NCBI GenBank assembly: GCA_026914245.1
Contig: CP110440.1
Location: 3,100,001-3,164,000 of the forward strand
DNA: 64,000 nucleotides
From: Puccinia triticina
Taxonomy: Eukaryota
Direction of reading: 5' to 3'
This document shows, in pieces, positions 25,121 through 38,507 of this stretch (within the stretch, counting starts at the first letter, position 1; the number at the start of each line of letters is the position of its first letter). A model generated the notes under the pieces. It did no database searches. It was not told the DNA's origin and worked only from the letters and a program-made list of their open reading frames with translations. The translations under genes and the position numbers were made by a program.

Positions 25121-26360
25121 ATGCGTCAGCTGAAGGCTGCTCATGTAGCTTTCAGCCTTTTCTTCTTAACGAGTAGCATATGCTCCTCAGGAAACAACCC
25201 CTGCCGGTGCGGCGAGTCCCAGTTTGGAAGTCGAAATGTCGATGCCAACGCCACTGACGCGCGTAAACGTATTACAACCGCACCTGATCCGAACACCTCT
25301 GTCCAACCACTTTCTCAGGAAATACCAACTTCGCCCGTTGATGAGCTACCTGCCGGTGGGGTTTCCTCAGGGGGACTGCTGCCTTCTTCGCGCGGATCAT
25401 CAACCCGCAAAAATACAGGGCCTGCCTATGGGCTTCCTGCGGGGGCGAATATCTCTGAAAGCAATATCCTTCCTCTCCCTACATCCGAGCAATCTGGCGG
25501 AGCTCCTTTGATTCAGGCTGGATCGTCTGACTCTCCAGCACAGCCCACTCCCGCCGTGAGGGGCTCTGCAAGTGGCGTACCAGATGCTAATCTTTCCACA
25601 AATTTGCCGCCGAACAAAAACGGAACCGCTTCGCAAGCTCCAGGAGACTTGACTTCAGCACGCCCATCTGGCACTGATCAGGCTCGCATCAACGGTTCAG
25701 TAACTCCTACTGGTTCATCGTCAAACCTGACCTCCAACATCCTTCCCTCAAACTCGTCATCTTTACCCCCAAAAAAGACACCGACTTCGTAAGCTACTTG
25801 GGTTTTTCCTACATCGATATTTTTTGCTTTTTGGTCATAATTACTAACTTTATTTGACTGAATACCTAATTGCGGCCTGAAATTTGCGGGATTACAGTCC
25901 AACTTCAGCTGAGCATTCCCAAGGAAAGACCGGCAAACCCACCGAGGACCAAAAAACAGCCATTGTTGTGAGCTCTGTCTTGCTCGGGGCGTTATTAATT
26001 CTTGGCGTCGCACTGGCTATTACGAGACGGAAGCTTAATAAAAGGTGTGAAATTTCGACATCTTATCACTCATCTGATGTGAGCAAACCATTGATCATTC
26101 GATTTCTTTTTTTGGTAATCTCATTTCACAGGGAGGAACTTAAACGACAAGAGGAAGGTACTCTGCAAGAAACGCCTGGCGAGCTTGGAAAACGCGGGAC
26201 GGTCATGGTCGGTCGGGGCTTGGAGTCGTCTCATGGGCTTACCAGCTCGGGAGGATGGCTTGACAGTCGGTCGAGCGAGTTTGGAGCTACCAGGACGCTA
26301 TCCGTATCGTCTTCTTCAACTAGCGCAGATAGCATTGAGGCTGAGTTGAACCCCGCTTGA
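25121..26360 (+). CDS. Signal-peptide, Ser/Thr/Pro-rich, single-pass membrane protein (mucin/Mid2-like architecture)
   Basis: Hydrophobic N-terminus, low-complexity ectodomain, TM AIVVSSVLLGALLILGVALAI followed by RRK. Introns at about 25789-25896 and 26046-26131. Confidence 0.75.
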
Positions 26361-27079
26361 TATGATGGAAAATTTCGTTTCTTGAAGCGTTTGGTCTTGG
26401 GTGTAATGCTGTAAATTGTATACATATTAAACGGAGATACAATCTCGGGAGTAATGGTTGAGTGAAGCTTGGATAAATAAATAGTTAACCTTACAAAATT
26501 CGGTAGATTCAATATCAACTTGACATCAATATACCTTTCCTAATGTTTTCACTACCGTTTCTTCTGTTTCTTGATTTTTGATTTGCTTTCTATTTTTATT
26601 CTGATGACATGTATGAAATTGATGGACTATATGGACTATGTAGACTGCGCAAAGTCTTAAACTGGGCACAAGCGTCGCACGTCGCGCTATTCTATTTCCT
26701 ACTGCTGCAGAGGTCAGGTGCTCCATGATTAAAAATGTTTGAAGCGACTGCTTGGCGTCGTGCGGAGGTTGGGACTATGCCCCGCTCATATTTGTACTAA
26801 GAGGATCAGTACTTGAGGATGACGAAAATTGATTAAGCTTTGGTAGAAGCTTTTCGGGCCCGGTTAATTAGCCGTGTTCATCTAATCAGATTCATGTTAG
26901 AATATAACATCCTCTCTTTCAGCCTTAGTGATAAAATTTTGTAGAGAACATCTTGCTTTCAAATGCATCCGCCAAGTTGATTGTTAAATACTAATGGTAA
27001 TTGATTGCCAAGCCATCTGTCTAAATAATCTTAAGCTTATAAACAAGAAATATACAATGAGACAAACGTGATACAAATT

Positions 27080-27626
27080 TTATCTAGACGCTTTTGCTTT
27101 TGCCGGTTGACCCGTCGTAGCCGCTGCACCTGCCGATCCTCCTCCGTTGACTTGGCCGACCTTTTCGAGATATTGGATTACCAATTGGAAGACGGTTCCA
27201 GTGGCACCTTCAGGGACCTTTTCGTCCAGAAATCCAAAGACTGCATTGGTGAAGCTCTGTCGCACTACCTGGGGACTAACCGCTCCGGCTGGTGGGGGTG
27301 GTAATTTGTCGTTCGCGGATGTTTTGCCTACTCCTTGTTTCTCGAGATTCTAAGAGCCGCCGTCTCATCAGATCATCGACCCAACAACAACTCGAAACGA
27401 AGGCCATAAAGCTGAGAAAACCCGCGCAACATACCTGGAATACCGATGCAACCTCTGTGGTATCACCCTCTGAACCTGATGATGTGCCCGGGGGACTAGG
27501 TGTGACTGGGGGAGTTGTGACTGGGGGAGGTGTGCCTAGGGGAGGTGTGACTTGTGCCGAAGCTTGTTGGAAAGAGCAACTAATAAAAACAGCAATAACG
27601 CAGATGAACAGAGGCACGAATTGCAT
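27080..27626 (-). CDS. Small secreted protein A (153 aa, 2 exons), candidate effector
   Basis: Signal peptide MQFVPLFICVIAVFISCSFQQASA. Intron 27434-27350 joins the exons in frame. Paralog at 56448-56947. Confidence 0.82.
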
Positions 27627-30408
27627 CTTAATAGTTTTAATTGAAGAGATTTATCGGTTGCTTGGGATTATTTATGTAGATAGAGCTGAGAGGGAGGGAG
27701 ACGACTTTGCTTTCGAGTAACTGACTTCAACTGCTCTGCAGAAAATAAGGAAATCAAAAGGTATGGATGGAAGCGTTGAATGGAATGGATGAGGTGGATG
27801 GGATGTTCGCCAACTGACAGCTCAGACGTTGCCCTTATGTAGTGCTAAAACCAGGTCGGTAACTCCCTTCTTACTACTGCTTCTGATGTTCAGCACGGCA
27901 AGATTCAACATGAATTCCCTAGCCATGGCCAAGAGACCATCAAGGCATGGCCCTGGAACCGCCATGCCGCGTCTTAACCTACCTAACACCATGACGCTGA
28001 GTGAAAGCAAGACGGACTTGTCAACCCACCTCACTGGTCACGACGAGCTACACCTCTTCTTCCTTCACACATACGAGTGATCCACTAATTATCCCCAAGG
28101 TGTGATGGGTTATTTCTCAACTACGCAGAATTAGTCAAGCTGAATAATGCTCAAGGGTAGCAGGGAAACTTGTACATACCACCCAGTGAAGCACGATAAC
28201 ATGGTAGGTTGTGCTTTGGCTTGCCTATGTTTTCCTGACCTTGATTAAGTACTTGGCATCGTCATCAGCCCTGATAGTCTTCGAAGCCCGGCCTAAGCAG
28301 CACCAACAAACAGAAAAAAGGTCACACCATAGGTACTGCTACGAGCCTAGCAGTATTCCTTCCGCATGGCGAGTTTTTCCAGCTGTTTTCGTCAACACTA
28401 CCGGAGGCCAGCCCATGGCGAAGTCGCAGCTTCTACATAACATTCGACAGCACTTGGCACCTAATGAGCTAGGCGTTGGCCTTTGCTACTGTCGCGCCCC
28501 CTTTCGCCGACCATCCACTACGAAGCCAACCAACTTTACTAAGCCACTCTTATCAATGGCACTCTTCGATGGAGGGATTAGGCGCTAGTTGTACCTGCGG
28601 CCTGATCAAGAGATTTACGAAATTAATATTCTCAGTCCTTTCTAGCGTCATCACGTCGCATTGTGTGATAAGCTTGGGGGTACGAAAGATGCACATTGTC
28701 ATGAGGAAGCTTTCCATGTGGTGCTTGATTTTTTAGGGTCTTGAGTGGCACACATGTTTGATGTTTAAGACTTTCGACTCGATCCTGTATCACGCTTGCA
28801 AACACCATTGCGGAACAAGGAGATGGGGCAATTGTTGATAGCTGGGGGTGGCTCAGGGAAATCCCCGCCAAACTCCTTAATTCTCGAGGCCCGCGGGGTG
28901 GACATCGCGCGTAAGTCTCCGGTCGGCGCAATGCGACCCATGCCTTAGGACTCCGCCCGGAGGGAATCACACAGTTTAGATCCGCGCCGATCCGCGGTAT
29001 GCCAGAGCTCGCTTATTTATGTGCCGGAGGACTAGCGGGGACTGCGCCCAAGTTCGAACAGCAGGATAGTTAATGTTTTAAGGTGTTATCAGCAGCAGTG
29101 CCGGCTCATACCATCCTACAGTCGACCCGCCCACCTCCGGCGCAGACACTGACCCGTACGCTGCAACGCACTTCTTGAAGAGCACGCACGAGATCCGGAT
29201 GATTACCTCGGGCCATATACACGTGTAGTGGCGTGGCAGCCTGAGCGTACAGGCAACGGAGGATTGTTCGGCCACCGCCACAGGCCGCACCGGCACCATT
29301 CCGGGCGCAGAAGGCGCATCCGGTACGTGGGTGGGCGTGATTAGTTCGTTCAATATGCTCGGATATTTGTTCTCTCTTATCTCTGTACCCATCCAGCCAC
29401 CCCCAATCCCGTCCCTCGAGTCTCGAGCCGGCGCCAGCGGCCTCCGTTTGGACCCGATAACACGTGTTTACGTCATGAAAGTCTCCCCCGGCCTTGAAAC
29501 TTGAATAGTTTTTATGTATGTATGCAACTGCTGAACTGCTCAGCGAGCGCTTGAAAATATGCATTTATTTGCTCGAGCTGTGGCAGTTGGACCAGCGGCG
29601 GAACCAGCCAACACTCTTGAGGCCAGGAGACACCACGACCAGCAGTGCACCCGAGGGGTACATTGGCTGCCGGCTTTTTTCGTTTTCGTTTTTTTTAATT
29701 AGTCGTTAGACCAATCCAATCGAAAATACCAACAAGCTGAGCCTGTACGAAATATCTCCCATACAAGTTTCCAAACCAACCAAAACCACATCACAACCAG
29801 GCATTCGCTAGACCCGGCAGCAGCGACAAGAACCCAGTCCAGGGTGGACACAGAAGAAAAAGAAAAGAAAAAAAGAACCCACGACGAAATAACTGAACTG
29901 CGTATGTAGCGGACTCCAATTCACCTGTCAACCCATCCAATCTTTGTACATACAGTCCTATCGAATGTCCGGACTCCATACCAGCGCCGTATAGAGAACT
30001 TTCTACATACGATCCCCTCCAGAGGACAGAGGAGCCGAAGAGTAATCGATTCTTTCGCCGAAAACCTTCGATATCCAGAATCAATGACGTTCATCTTGTC
30101 CTGAGTTTCCAAACAAACCACCATTAATAAATCCTTTTTTTCATATTCAAATACTCCAGGAAATCCACACATCAGCAGGACCATGATCTACTGAAGAACT
30201 GCTCCCGTGCCCTTCCATCCCTCCTCAGATCAATCAACCAACTCGAAAAGGAGAGAGAGAGGCAGAGAGAAGACCTCTTTTGTTTGAATTATCCTTCCTC
30301 CCTCCAAACCAACTACATCCATAAACAAAAGACTAGACCCAGAGGGACTCGCAAGAACACCGATCCGCACTAGAACATCCAACGCACGAGTGCTGGACTT
30401 GAAAACCG

Positions 30409-33400
30409 ATGCAGTCGATTCGCCATCCACAGCCCTACCCCGTCCTCCCCTCCCAACTCCAGCCAAGCCACCATGCCCATCATCCGCCCCCAGCCCAGGA
30501 CAGTCGCACCCAGCTATTCGTCAACAACCTCCCCTTCCGCGTCCGATGGCAGGACCTCAAGGATCTTTTCAGGAAGGCCGGCACCGTCCTCCGCGCCGAC
30601 GTCTCCTTGACTCCCGACAACAGGAGCAAGGGCTTCGGTACGGTCTTGTTTGCCAACAGGAACGATGCCTTCAAGGCCATCGAAATCTACAGTCAGTCTA
30701 TCTCTACCCATTCAGGGAGATTGATAGAACAAGCTCTGATACACCCTCTTTTCATCCCTACACTTCATGTGCCTCAAGATGGATTCAGCTGGCAGACACG
30801 AATCCTCGATGTTAAGCTCGATCAACAGGACCCTACTGGTGCATTTGGAATGGCAGCAGCAGCGGCAGCCTGTCCAGCCCCGTCATCCCAGCCGAAGAAC
30901 TACCATCAGCATCCACATCCGCCGTATCAGCAATATCCTCAAATGACAGCTGTCTCCCAACATAATCACAACCATTATACACAGCCTCACAACTCACTCC
31001 AGCTCCCCTTGTCCACCGGAAATCCTAGCAACGCCCAACAGCAAAACCGGAACGGACCGGGTGGTACTACTAACACCACTCTTGCGGGCGACCCTCATCA
31101 GTCATCCTCATTGGCTCATCCTCATCACTCCCTCTCGCCAGCTCAGCTGCCTAGCGTCATACCGGCCCAATCCTCGACCCCCTTCCCTGCCGGACAGCAT
31201 TCAAACTCCGAGTCGCTCAACCCAGCCACCAATAAAACTGTTCATAGCTACCAAAAGCACCAGCACTCCCAATCACTCATACCCTTCTCAGACCTACCGC
31301 CCAACCTGTCCCAGTCAGTCTTCACCCCCTTGCCCAGAACCTCGGCCCATCGGCCCTCGCGCTCGGTCCAACTCTCTAATCCGCATCCCCCGAGCAATCC
31401 TGCTACATCCTCCACCGCCAGCCCTTCTCAAACACCCCCGAGTCGGCCCCTCGATGTCCATCAGCCCGCCTTCCAGCCCGGCTCAAGCTCCTTGAACCAG
31501 GCTCTCGCCCACCTTCAAATCTCCACCGTCCAACCCGCCTTGCCCTGCGTCACCATCTCGACGGCCCCTCCCGACTCCAGCTCCTCCGTCTCCTCTGCCC
31601 CCGTCGACACTTCTTCCCCCGTCTCCTCGCCTGCTGGCTCGGTTTCTCATCATTATTCGGGTGCCACTCACTCCTCGCTCGTTGGCTCCAACTCTCAGCA
31701 TGATGGCCCCAACATTCACCATCCATCGATGCCTCCATTTCAACACTACGGCCCCCCACACTCTTACCCGCCTCACCACATACCTGGTACCACGCTCAAT
31801 CATGCGCCTTACTCCACCGTAAGTTTATATCTAACTCAAGTCTTTGGTCGATGGATGAAGAAATGCCACATATACGAAATGAGCTAAGCAAACTTATTTC
31901 CCCTTCCTCCCCACACAGGTCTACAGCCAGAATAGTGGCCCAGCATGCCGACTTTTGTTTGTTGGCAATTTGCCATTCAACCTCCAATGGCAAGACTTGA
32001 AGGACCTATTCCGACAGGCGGGGAACATTCTGAGGGCGGATGTGGCGACGACAGTTGAGGGGCGGAGTCGGGGCTTTGGGACGGTGCTGTTTGCGACCGC
32101 GGAGGACGCATTGAAGGCCCTGGAGATGTACGACGGATACGAGCTCAAGGGGCGGGCGTTGAAAGTGCGCTTCGATCAGCTCACCCATCCCGGCTCTGCC
32201 GCGCCTGGGCCATGGCCTGAACATGCCACGATCCCGCCTCCTCACTTCCACCCGATCCATCACGGCCAATACCAATCCAATCACCCGCTGGTCCAGGAAC
32301 CCAAATCACAAACGGATGAGACAGGTGAGCGCCCACAGATTGAGTGTAATCTCCCAATTGATGCTGACCCCTGTCCGCCAGAAGACTATTCCATATACGG
32401 CTCAACAAACAGTGCCGAAGAAAAGCGGGACGAGCCCCTGTGGGCCCCGGAACCTGTGAGGCCCAGTGTGCGCGTGAGTGTGCCGACGATCGTGCCGCCA
32501 GCGCTGAGTCCGATTGCGTCGCGGCGGTCGAGCTACTTCAAGCCGACGAACGGATCGTCGGAGTACTCGCAGACGAGCTCGGATGGCGGGCAAGGGACGA
32601 ACGGGCGATCAGGGGGCGGGCCGGAGCCGATTGGACACCCCGCGAACCAGCCTCGGCCGCAGACGATTCCGATGCCGCCGCCCTACGCCCCCGGCCTGGT
32701 TTCGCCCGCCCTGCCGAAGACGATCCAGATGACACCCTCGATGCCCGCGTTCTCCTTCCAGCCTTTCATGCCGGCCACGCCGCCGCTGCTCCCGAACTTC
32801 TTCTCCCCGGGCATCGGCCCCCCGCCCACGCCGCCCTACGGCCGCGACAGCCACACCCCGCCGCCGCCTGTCCAGGCCGCCAAACCGGTCCACTCGCCGC
32901 TGGGCTACAACCCGATGTTCCCGAGCGAGCCGGGCTCGGAGGACGGGGTGGCGGCGGAGGCGGAGGGCGGACTGCAGCCGCTGGCGACGGACGACGAGGG
33001 CGAGGGCGACGAGGAGCGGGGCGGCGAGACGAAGCCGATGGACTCGAACGTCGATTGGGGCTACCAGAGCGCCTCACTCGCAAGCAACCGACGAACCTCG
33101 CTGTTTGTCGGCCGATCGCGGCCCCCGCAAGGCGTCCCCTCGCCGGCCCGTCTGGCCCCCCGCGGCGGATTCGCCGGGCGTCGGTTGCTCGGAGGCGTCG
33201 GCGAGGAGGCCGATGAAGACGGACTGCTGAGACCCGAGTGCGCCAGTCGCAGAGCCAGCTTCGACGTCTCTAGTCTCTTCAACTCCCAGCAACCCTCCCC
33301 GCCCACCAAACTCGCCAAACAACGCCCCTCCGATATCCTCATCTCGTGCCCCGATAAAGACCCCTTGAAACCTGCCTCGCTTCCTCCCCCCGCTACCGAT

Positions 33401-33472
33401 CTCAATAATATCGAGAGGGTCGATCTCGTCGGCCTCGGATTCGTGGACTCTATTTGGACTGACAAGCAATGA
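30409..33472 (+). CDS. Two-RRM RNA-binding protein (Gbp2/Hrb1-like RRMs) with long low-complexity regions
   Basis: LFVNNLPFRVRWQDLKDLFRKAG..SKGFGTV and LFVGNLPFNLQWQDLKDLFRQAG..SRGFGTV. Introns 30692-30778 and 31819-31918. Confidence 0.88.
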
Positions 33473-35402
33473 TCTTTTTTCGTGCTTTTCTTTTCCCCTT
33501 TTTTTCTTCTGAAAACAGACCTTTTTCATAAGCTTAGGAGATTGTGTCTTGCCTTTCCTGTTTGAATCTGATTCCACAAACAAAAATGTCCCTGCAGCTC
33601 ATCTACTAAGACATGAACATAAAAGGAAATCATGTAGGATATCTTCTCTTTTTTTTGGACTCTTTCTGCTTCGTTTTCTATTCATCAATCTTAACTTAGG
33701 AAATAATGCTGTCATGGTTTTGTGTGTCCACTTTCTCTCTCTCCCTCTTGTTGTGTTTTCTTTTAGTTGTCTTGGGGCCGCCGTTCTCCGTTCATCTCTC
33801 CTCTTTCCAACATTTCTTGATGTGTATTCTCCTACTTGTTTTCTACGGCTACAATCCTGTTTCATTTTTTCGGATGTTGTTTTTCTTGTGGGCCCATTCT
33901 CTTCTCCTTTACTTTAGATTGGACATAATCCCCGTTGACACATAAATAGATAAATAAGTCTCTTGGAGTCTATGACAAAAACCAACAACCACATGTGAAT
34001 ATGTCTGTAAATAAGCTGCAAGCAATGATGATGATCCATCCTTCAAATTTCCTTCAAGTTGTACATACATACAAGTTTGTAATTACACAAAGTACCCAGT
34101 TGATATGTTTTTTTTCTTTGCCTTGCTCTATGTACGTCTCTTAAAGTGAACTATGTACATCTGTGTGGTATTTAACAGATTAGAACTTTGTTTGTCCGGA
34201 TCCCTGTTCCAGCTCAATGGTGTTAGCCCCAGACTCTGCTTGGTTGCCTATCATTGGCATGCCTCTTGAAGCATGGTAATCGGGCGCATTCGGGCTGCCC
34301 GCGCGCTAGCCCGGCTTAATCTGCTTCACTTCTGGACAGGCCCGGCCGTTCAAAACACCCCACACGGGCGGTGCGGGCGGGCTTTGAGTGGCGCGGGCCA
34401 AGCGGCTAGCCCGCGGGCTAGGTCAAATCAAGGGCACATTTGAAGATCAGAAAGGCACCCACAGTTTTCATTTTTCAACGAGGTCTGTTTAATTGAAAAT
34501 ACCCAACTCTCATTGAGGCAGCAGCGGCAGTTGTCCAGGACCCAGGCCCCATGCATGGACTAATTACACACCGCAAAACACCAAGCCACCTTTTTTTCTT
34601 TTCTTTTTTTGGATTCTTCATGGTGAGACCAAGGTCATACCTTAAAATATTTGTATGAAACCATGTCATGATGACACAAGCACATGTTGATTGATTTGCA
34701 AGACTGCGCAACCTGTAGCGCAGTCATAATTATTTAGTATTTTTGTGTACGATGAGAAAGGGGCGCGATCCGCAGCTTCGCACCACGGGCGCCTTCGGCT
34801 CGCCTCATCGGAGTCTCGGCCTCCGCGGGCTGCATCAAGCTTTGGGGGGATACAATGCTTTTTTGCAAGCCAATGGGTTTTTCCACTTCCCACCAAGAAT
34901 CATAAAGTTGCTGGTGTGATAGAATGAAAATCAATCAGTTGTGCAAGCCTGAACAAATGAAAAACCTGATCTTTGTATGCGTAAGCACGCTTCTGGCGCG
35001 GGTCCAAAGCCGGGTAGCGGAGCGGGGGGAGGTAACGACCGGTGTCCTTCAACGGGCGGAGGACAGACTCTCAAAACTGAATGATAAGTTGAGTGATGAG
35101 GCGTCATAGAAAATTCTCATCTAACCATCCGACTGACAGATTGACACGGGATATTCAGATTTGTAGGCCGATGCGTCCACAAGTCCTTGATCACTCGCCG
35201 CCGTTTGGGTCCCAGAAGCTTCATACCTACCATTGATACACAGGTTTTGCCTGCAGGTTCAAGTCGGCAAGCAGAAGAAATTGATTTCTTGAGTTGGTTT
35301 TTCTCATTTTTTTCCCTTCCTACTCGGCGGGAAGCCACCAAATCTCATTGACGTAGGCTGGACTCCGGGTATGGCAACTGATTGGAGCTGGTGTGTTTAT
35401 AG

Positions 35403-37625
35403 GTCATTGGGGAAAAATCAGTACTGAGGAAAGCAATCCAAAAAAGAAGTCCCATGAGTCCTGGAAAGATGAGGGCCAATCTATTGGGCACTATGAAGAT
35501 CACAATACCTATCATCTAGGAAAAAAACTGAAAAGTGAGGCAATCCAAGATATGATGGGCGACAGGGATTTTGGGCATGACGGTCTGCGTTGGGGGAGGT
35601 TAAAACCTAAGAGTTAGCCGCCAACTATTTCCTCTTTCTTCGTGATGTTTGGCGTTAGTTTTGGGAAGACCTGCAGCTGACATTGCGTTCATGAAAACCA
35701 AAGCGGAAGGCGATCCGTCGACAGGTTACAATTCCGCAAGACACAATGTTCCAGCTATGATTTCAACCCCTGAAATGGCAAAGAGCCTAGCCTCCACTGT
35801 GAAGGAAGAAATTGAAATAAAATCTTTGCCTGAGGGATCTCATACACATAGATTAGAAGGTAACAATGTGTCACACCAGGAGTTACAGACACAAGAGACA
35901 CCCCAAAATTCAAAAGCAACCAAACATAAATATCAAATAAAAGTTTATTCAACTGTTGACCCCGTTCTCTGGGCCTGGATCTACACAATGAAGCTCAACA
36001 TATCACAATCACTTTATGATGAACTGATGGCAAATGAAGAAACAATTTCCAGTTTCATTGCAACACTTGCTTCAAGGGTGAAAGGGCTTCCAGGTCACAA
36101 GAGCTCTGCTGAGGAATTTGTGTGCAGGGAATCAAACAATATCTTCAGAGAATTTGCTCATCTTCTCTGGTGCATAAATTCAAAATTCATGGAGAGGTTC
36201 AACCCCCAGGAAAAAGATTATCTTGCAGAACAAGGGTCCATGTACAGTCACATTGTCAATCTTTTTACTGAATCAAATACATTCAAATTATATAGCCCAA
36301 TACACAAAGCAACAGAAGAAAATTCTGCCTTTCCAGATCCATCTCTTAAAAGCTTGGTTTTAAGGGCACTCAATGCAAGTTATTCACACCCAATATACAG
36401 CATTTTCAAGAAAAGAATTGCTTTTCCATTTGAAGCAGTTTGTCCATATCAAATGCTGATGGCCGAAGCAGCAGTTAACTGTCTGGCTTCTTATTACAAG
36501 ATGAAAAATTATATTAAGTGGTATGATTTCTTCCACAAAGATTATAATTTCATCTCAGCATTGGCAAGATTTCAAAACTGGTCTCTTGCTCCTTATGAAA
36601 ACCGAAGAGGAATTGAAAAATTTGAAAGAAGGAGGGGGCTTTTCACCCTGTTTCCATGGGGACCAGAGAGTGGTGTGAAAGTGGAAAACAGTTTAACATA
36701 TCTTAAGCTGTTTAAGTTAACAAGCAGATTCCAAGTTGAGCAATGGGTCAAATACATATCAAGAAATGAAATTGAAGCCAATAGTTTGACTGGTACCTGC
36801 CTTACCAACCTCAAGTTTGCAAATGAAGAGAATTTTCAAACAATTTCTGAAGCAGTATGGGCTATTATTTCACTTTGTGGAAGTAACTATTATAATTTCA
36901 TCAAGGAAATTGAGGTTGGGAACCATGATCTTGTCATTAAAAACTTGGAGATTTGGAGGGTGAAACAAATAGGTAAACCCCATCACCAATTGGACTCACA
37001 CACCAGATTGTTAGAAGGTGGTACTTTTTGTCTTGAATTAAAAAAAATTCTTGATTTGATTTGGAAGATAAATGCGCGGTTGATTGAGAGTTTAGGAGGA
37101 GAGACTCATGGAGAAATATTCCTCAAAGAGCAAGAAAATCTTGAAAGTGAATTTTATTCCCTCTTTACATCATCAAAGAAAATAGAATCCACTCCAATGT
37201 TTTCAGCAATTTCAGAATCAATGAATGAAGAAGAAGTGCAAAAAACTCTTCTTGATGCATTGAATAATTCTGATGAGAGATGTATTTACAAGGGCATAAG
37301 AAGTGGTAAAAAGATCTCTCAAAAGGAAATCATAATGACCAAAGCAGCAGTCAAAGTGATATATTACTACTACTTCAAGAATACCTCAAAATGGTCAACA
37401 ATTTTTTTGAGTGAAGAAAAGTTTGCTCTGAGCTTGGCTCAAGTTGCAAAGAGGGCTTCCAGGGTGGATTTCTATAATAATTGGAAAACTAAATGTTTTC
37501 CAGAAATGAAAAAAATGAACCTCTTCCCCTGGAATAGCTACTTCATAAAAACAAAAATAAATGACATGATAATCAGACAGACCTTTCATTCACTTAACTT
37601 TTTCAGCATTATTGAGAAGTTTTGA
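35403..37625 (+). CDS. Uncharacterised protein with a duplicated ~297-aa domain; 5' exons uncertain (possible signal-peptide exon at 34957)
   Basis: 1.95-kb open exon, in-frame intron 35583-35676, internal repeat motifs. Confidence 0.75.
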
Positions 37626-38507
37626 TGAATCAAAAATTCCTTCAAATGCTAGTTTCTCCAGATTTTATTTATCAAATAAAATACAACAAGAGATCATAAG
37701 GAAAAAATGCAGAAGATTATTTTACAGTTGTGAGCGGTATTCCATGGCACAGCACTGTTGGCAAATAACTCATGCTTTGAATAATCACTGAGTATGTAAT
37801 ACTCATTCTATATTTTCATCATGCACCTTGAAATTACAGAAGCAGTAAAGCATGGAGAAATTTAGTGACAGTCTGTAGGAAAGCCTCAAAAATCATTACC
37901 ACAACTTGATCAGCTTCAAGTTCAAGCCATCATCTTGGTGTTTACTACATGTGCTTAGGTTTTACTACTTTTCAGTTTCAGATTGATATGCCTGTAGCAC
38001 AATGTTCAGTAATAACTTTTTTCAACAAGCTCTGTACATGCAGTGGATTGTTGCTTGCAAATGTATCTTTTCTTTTTCTTTTTCTTTTTTTTGTGGCTTG
38101 GTATGTAATGCATTTGCATTGCCAACTAAGTTTTGGGTATTTTGTCATTGATTTGGCATTCCATCATCAAGAAAGAAGTGTCAGGTAAGTGCATATCCAA
38201 AGTTTCGGTTAAGTCCTTGAGAGTATCAATCTGTTTATTCACATCAATTCTGAGAGTTTGTTGTCAAGGCCTAGAGCGGAACAGCAACACCGCAGGCTTT
38301 GTTCTCATGAGCAAAAGTTGGTGGCCCTTTCTGCATGCACAAGTTTTTATTGTTATTTTTATGGGATCAATTTCAAATGAATAGATGATTACAAACCAAC
38401 CAGGAAAAAAAAAACGAGGAAAACAGTGTAAATTAGCCGATTTGATTTGTAAGGGAAGGGGGGGGGGGGGGAGAAGGAGGAATTAGCTGATAGAAGGTAC
38501 AAAATGA

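Noticed and set aside
28869..29056. Possible old MULE ending gggactgcgcccaagttcg
   Set aside because: Only one TIR-like end and no TSD
29078..29564. Overlapping minus-strand ORFs (152 and 104 aa)
   Set aside because: No recognisable motif or splice model; probably GC-rich promoter-region ORFs
32440..33583. Long alternative-frame and antisense ORFs
   Set aside because: Shadows of the GC-rich RRM gene exon
34270..34425. GC-rich CGGGC/GCCCG cluster resembling hAT subterminal repeats
   Set aside because: No TIR pair or TSD could be defined
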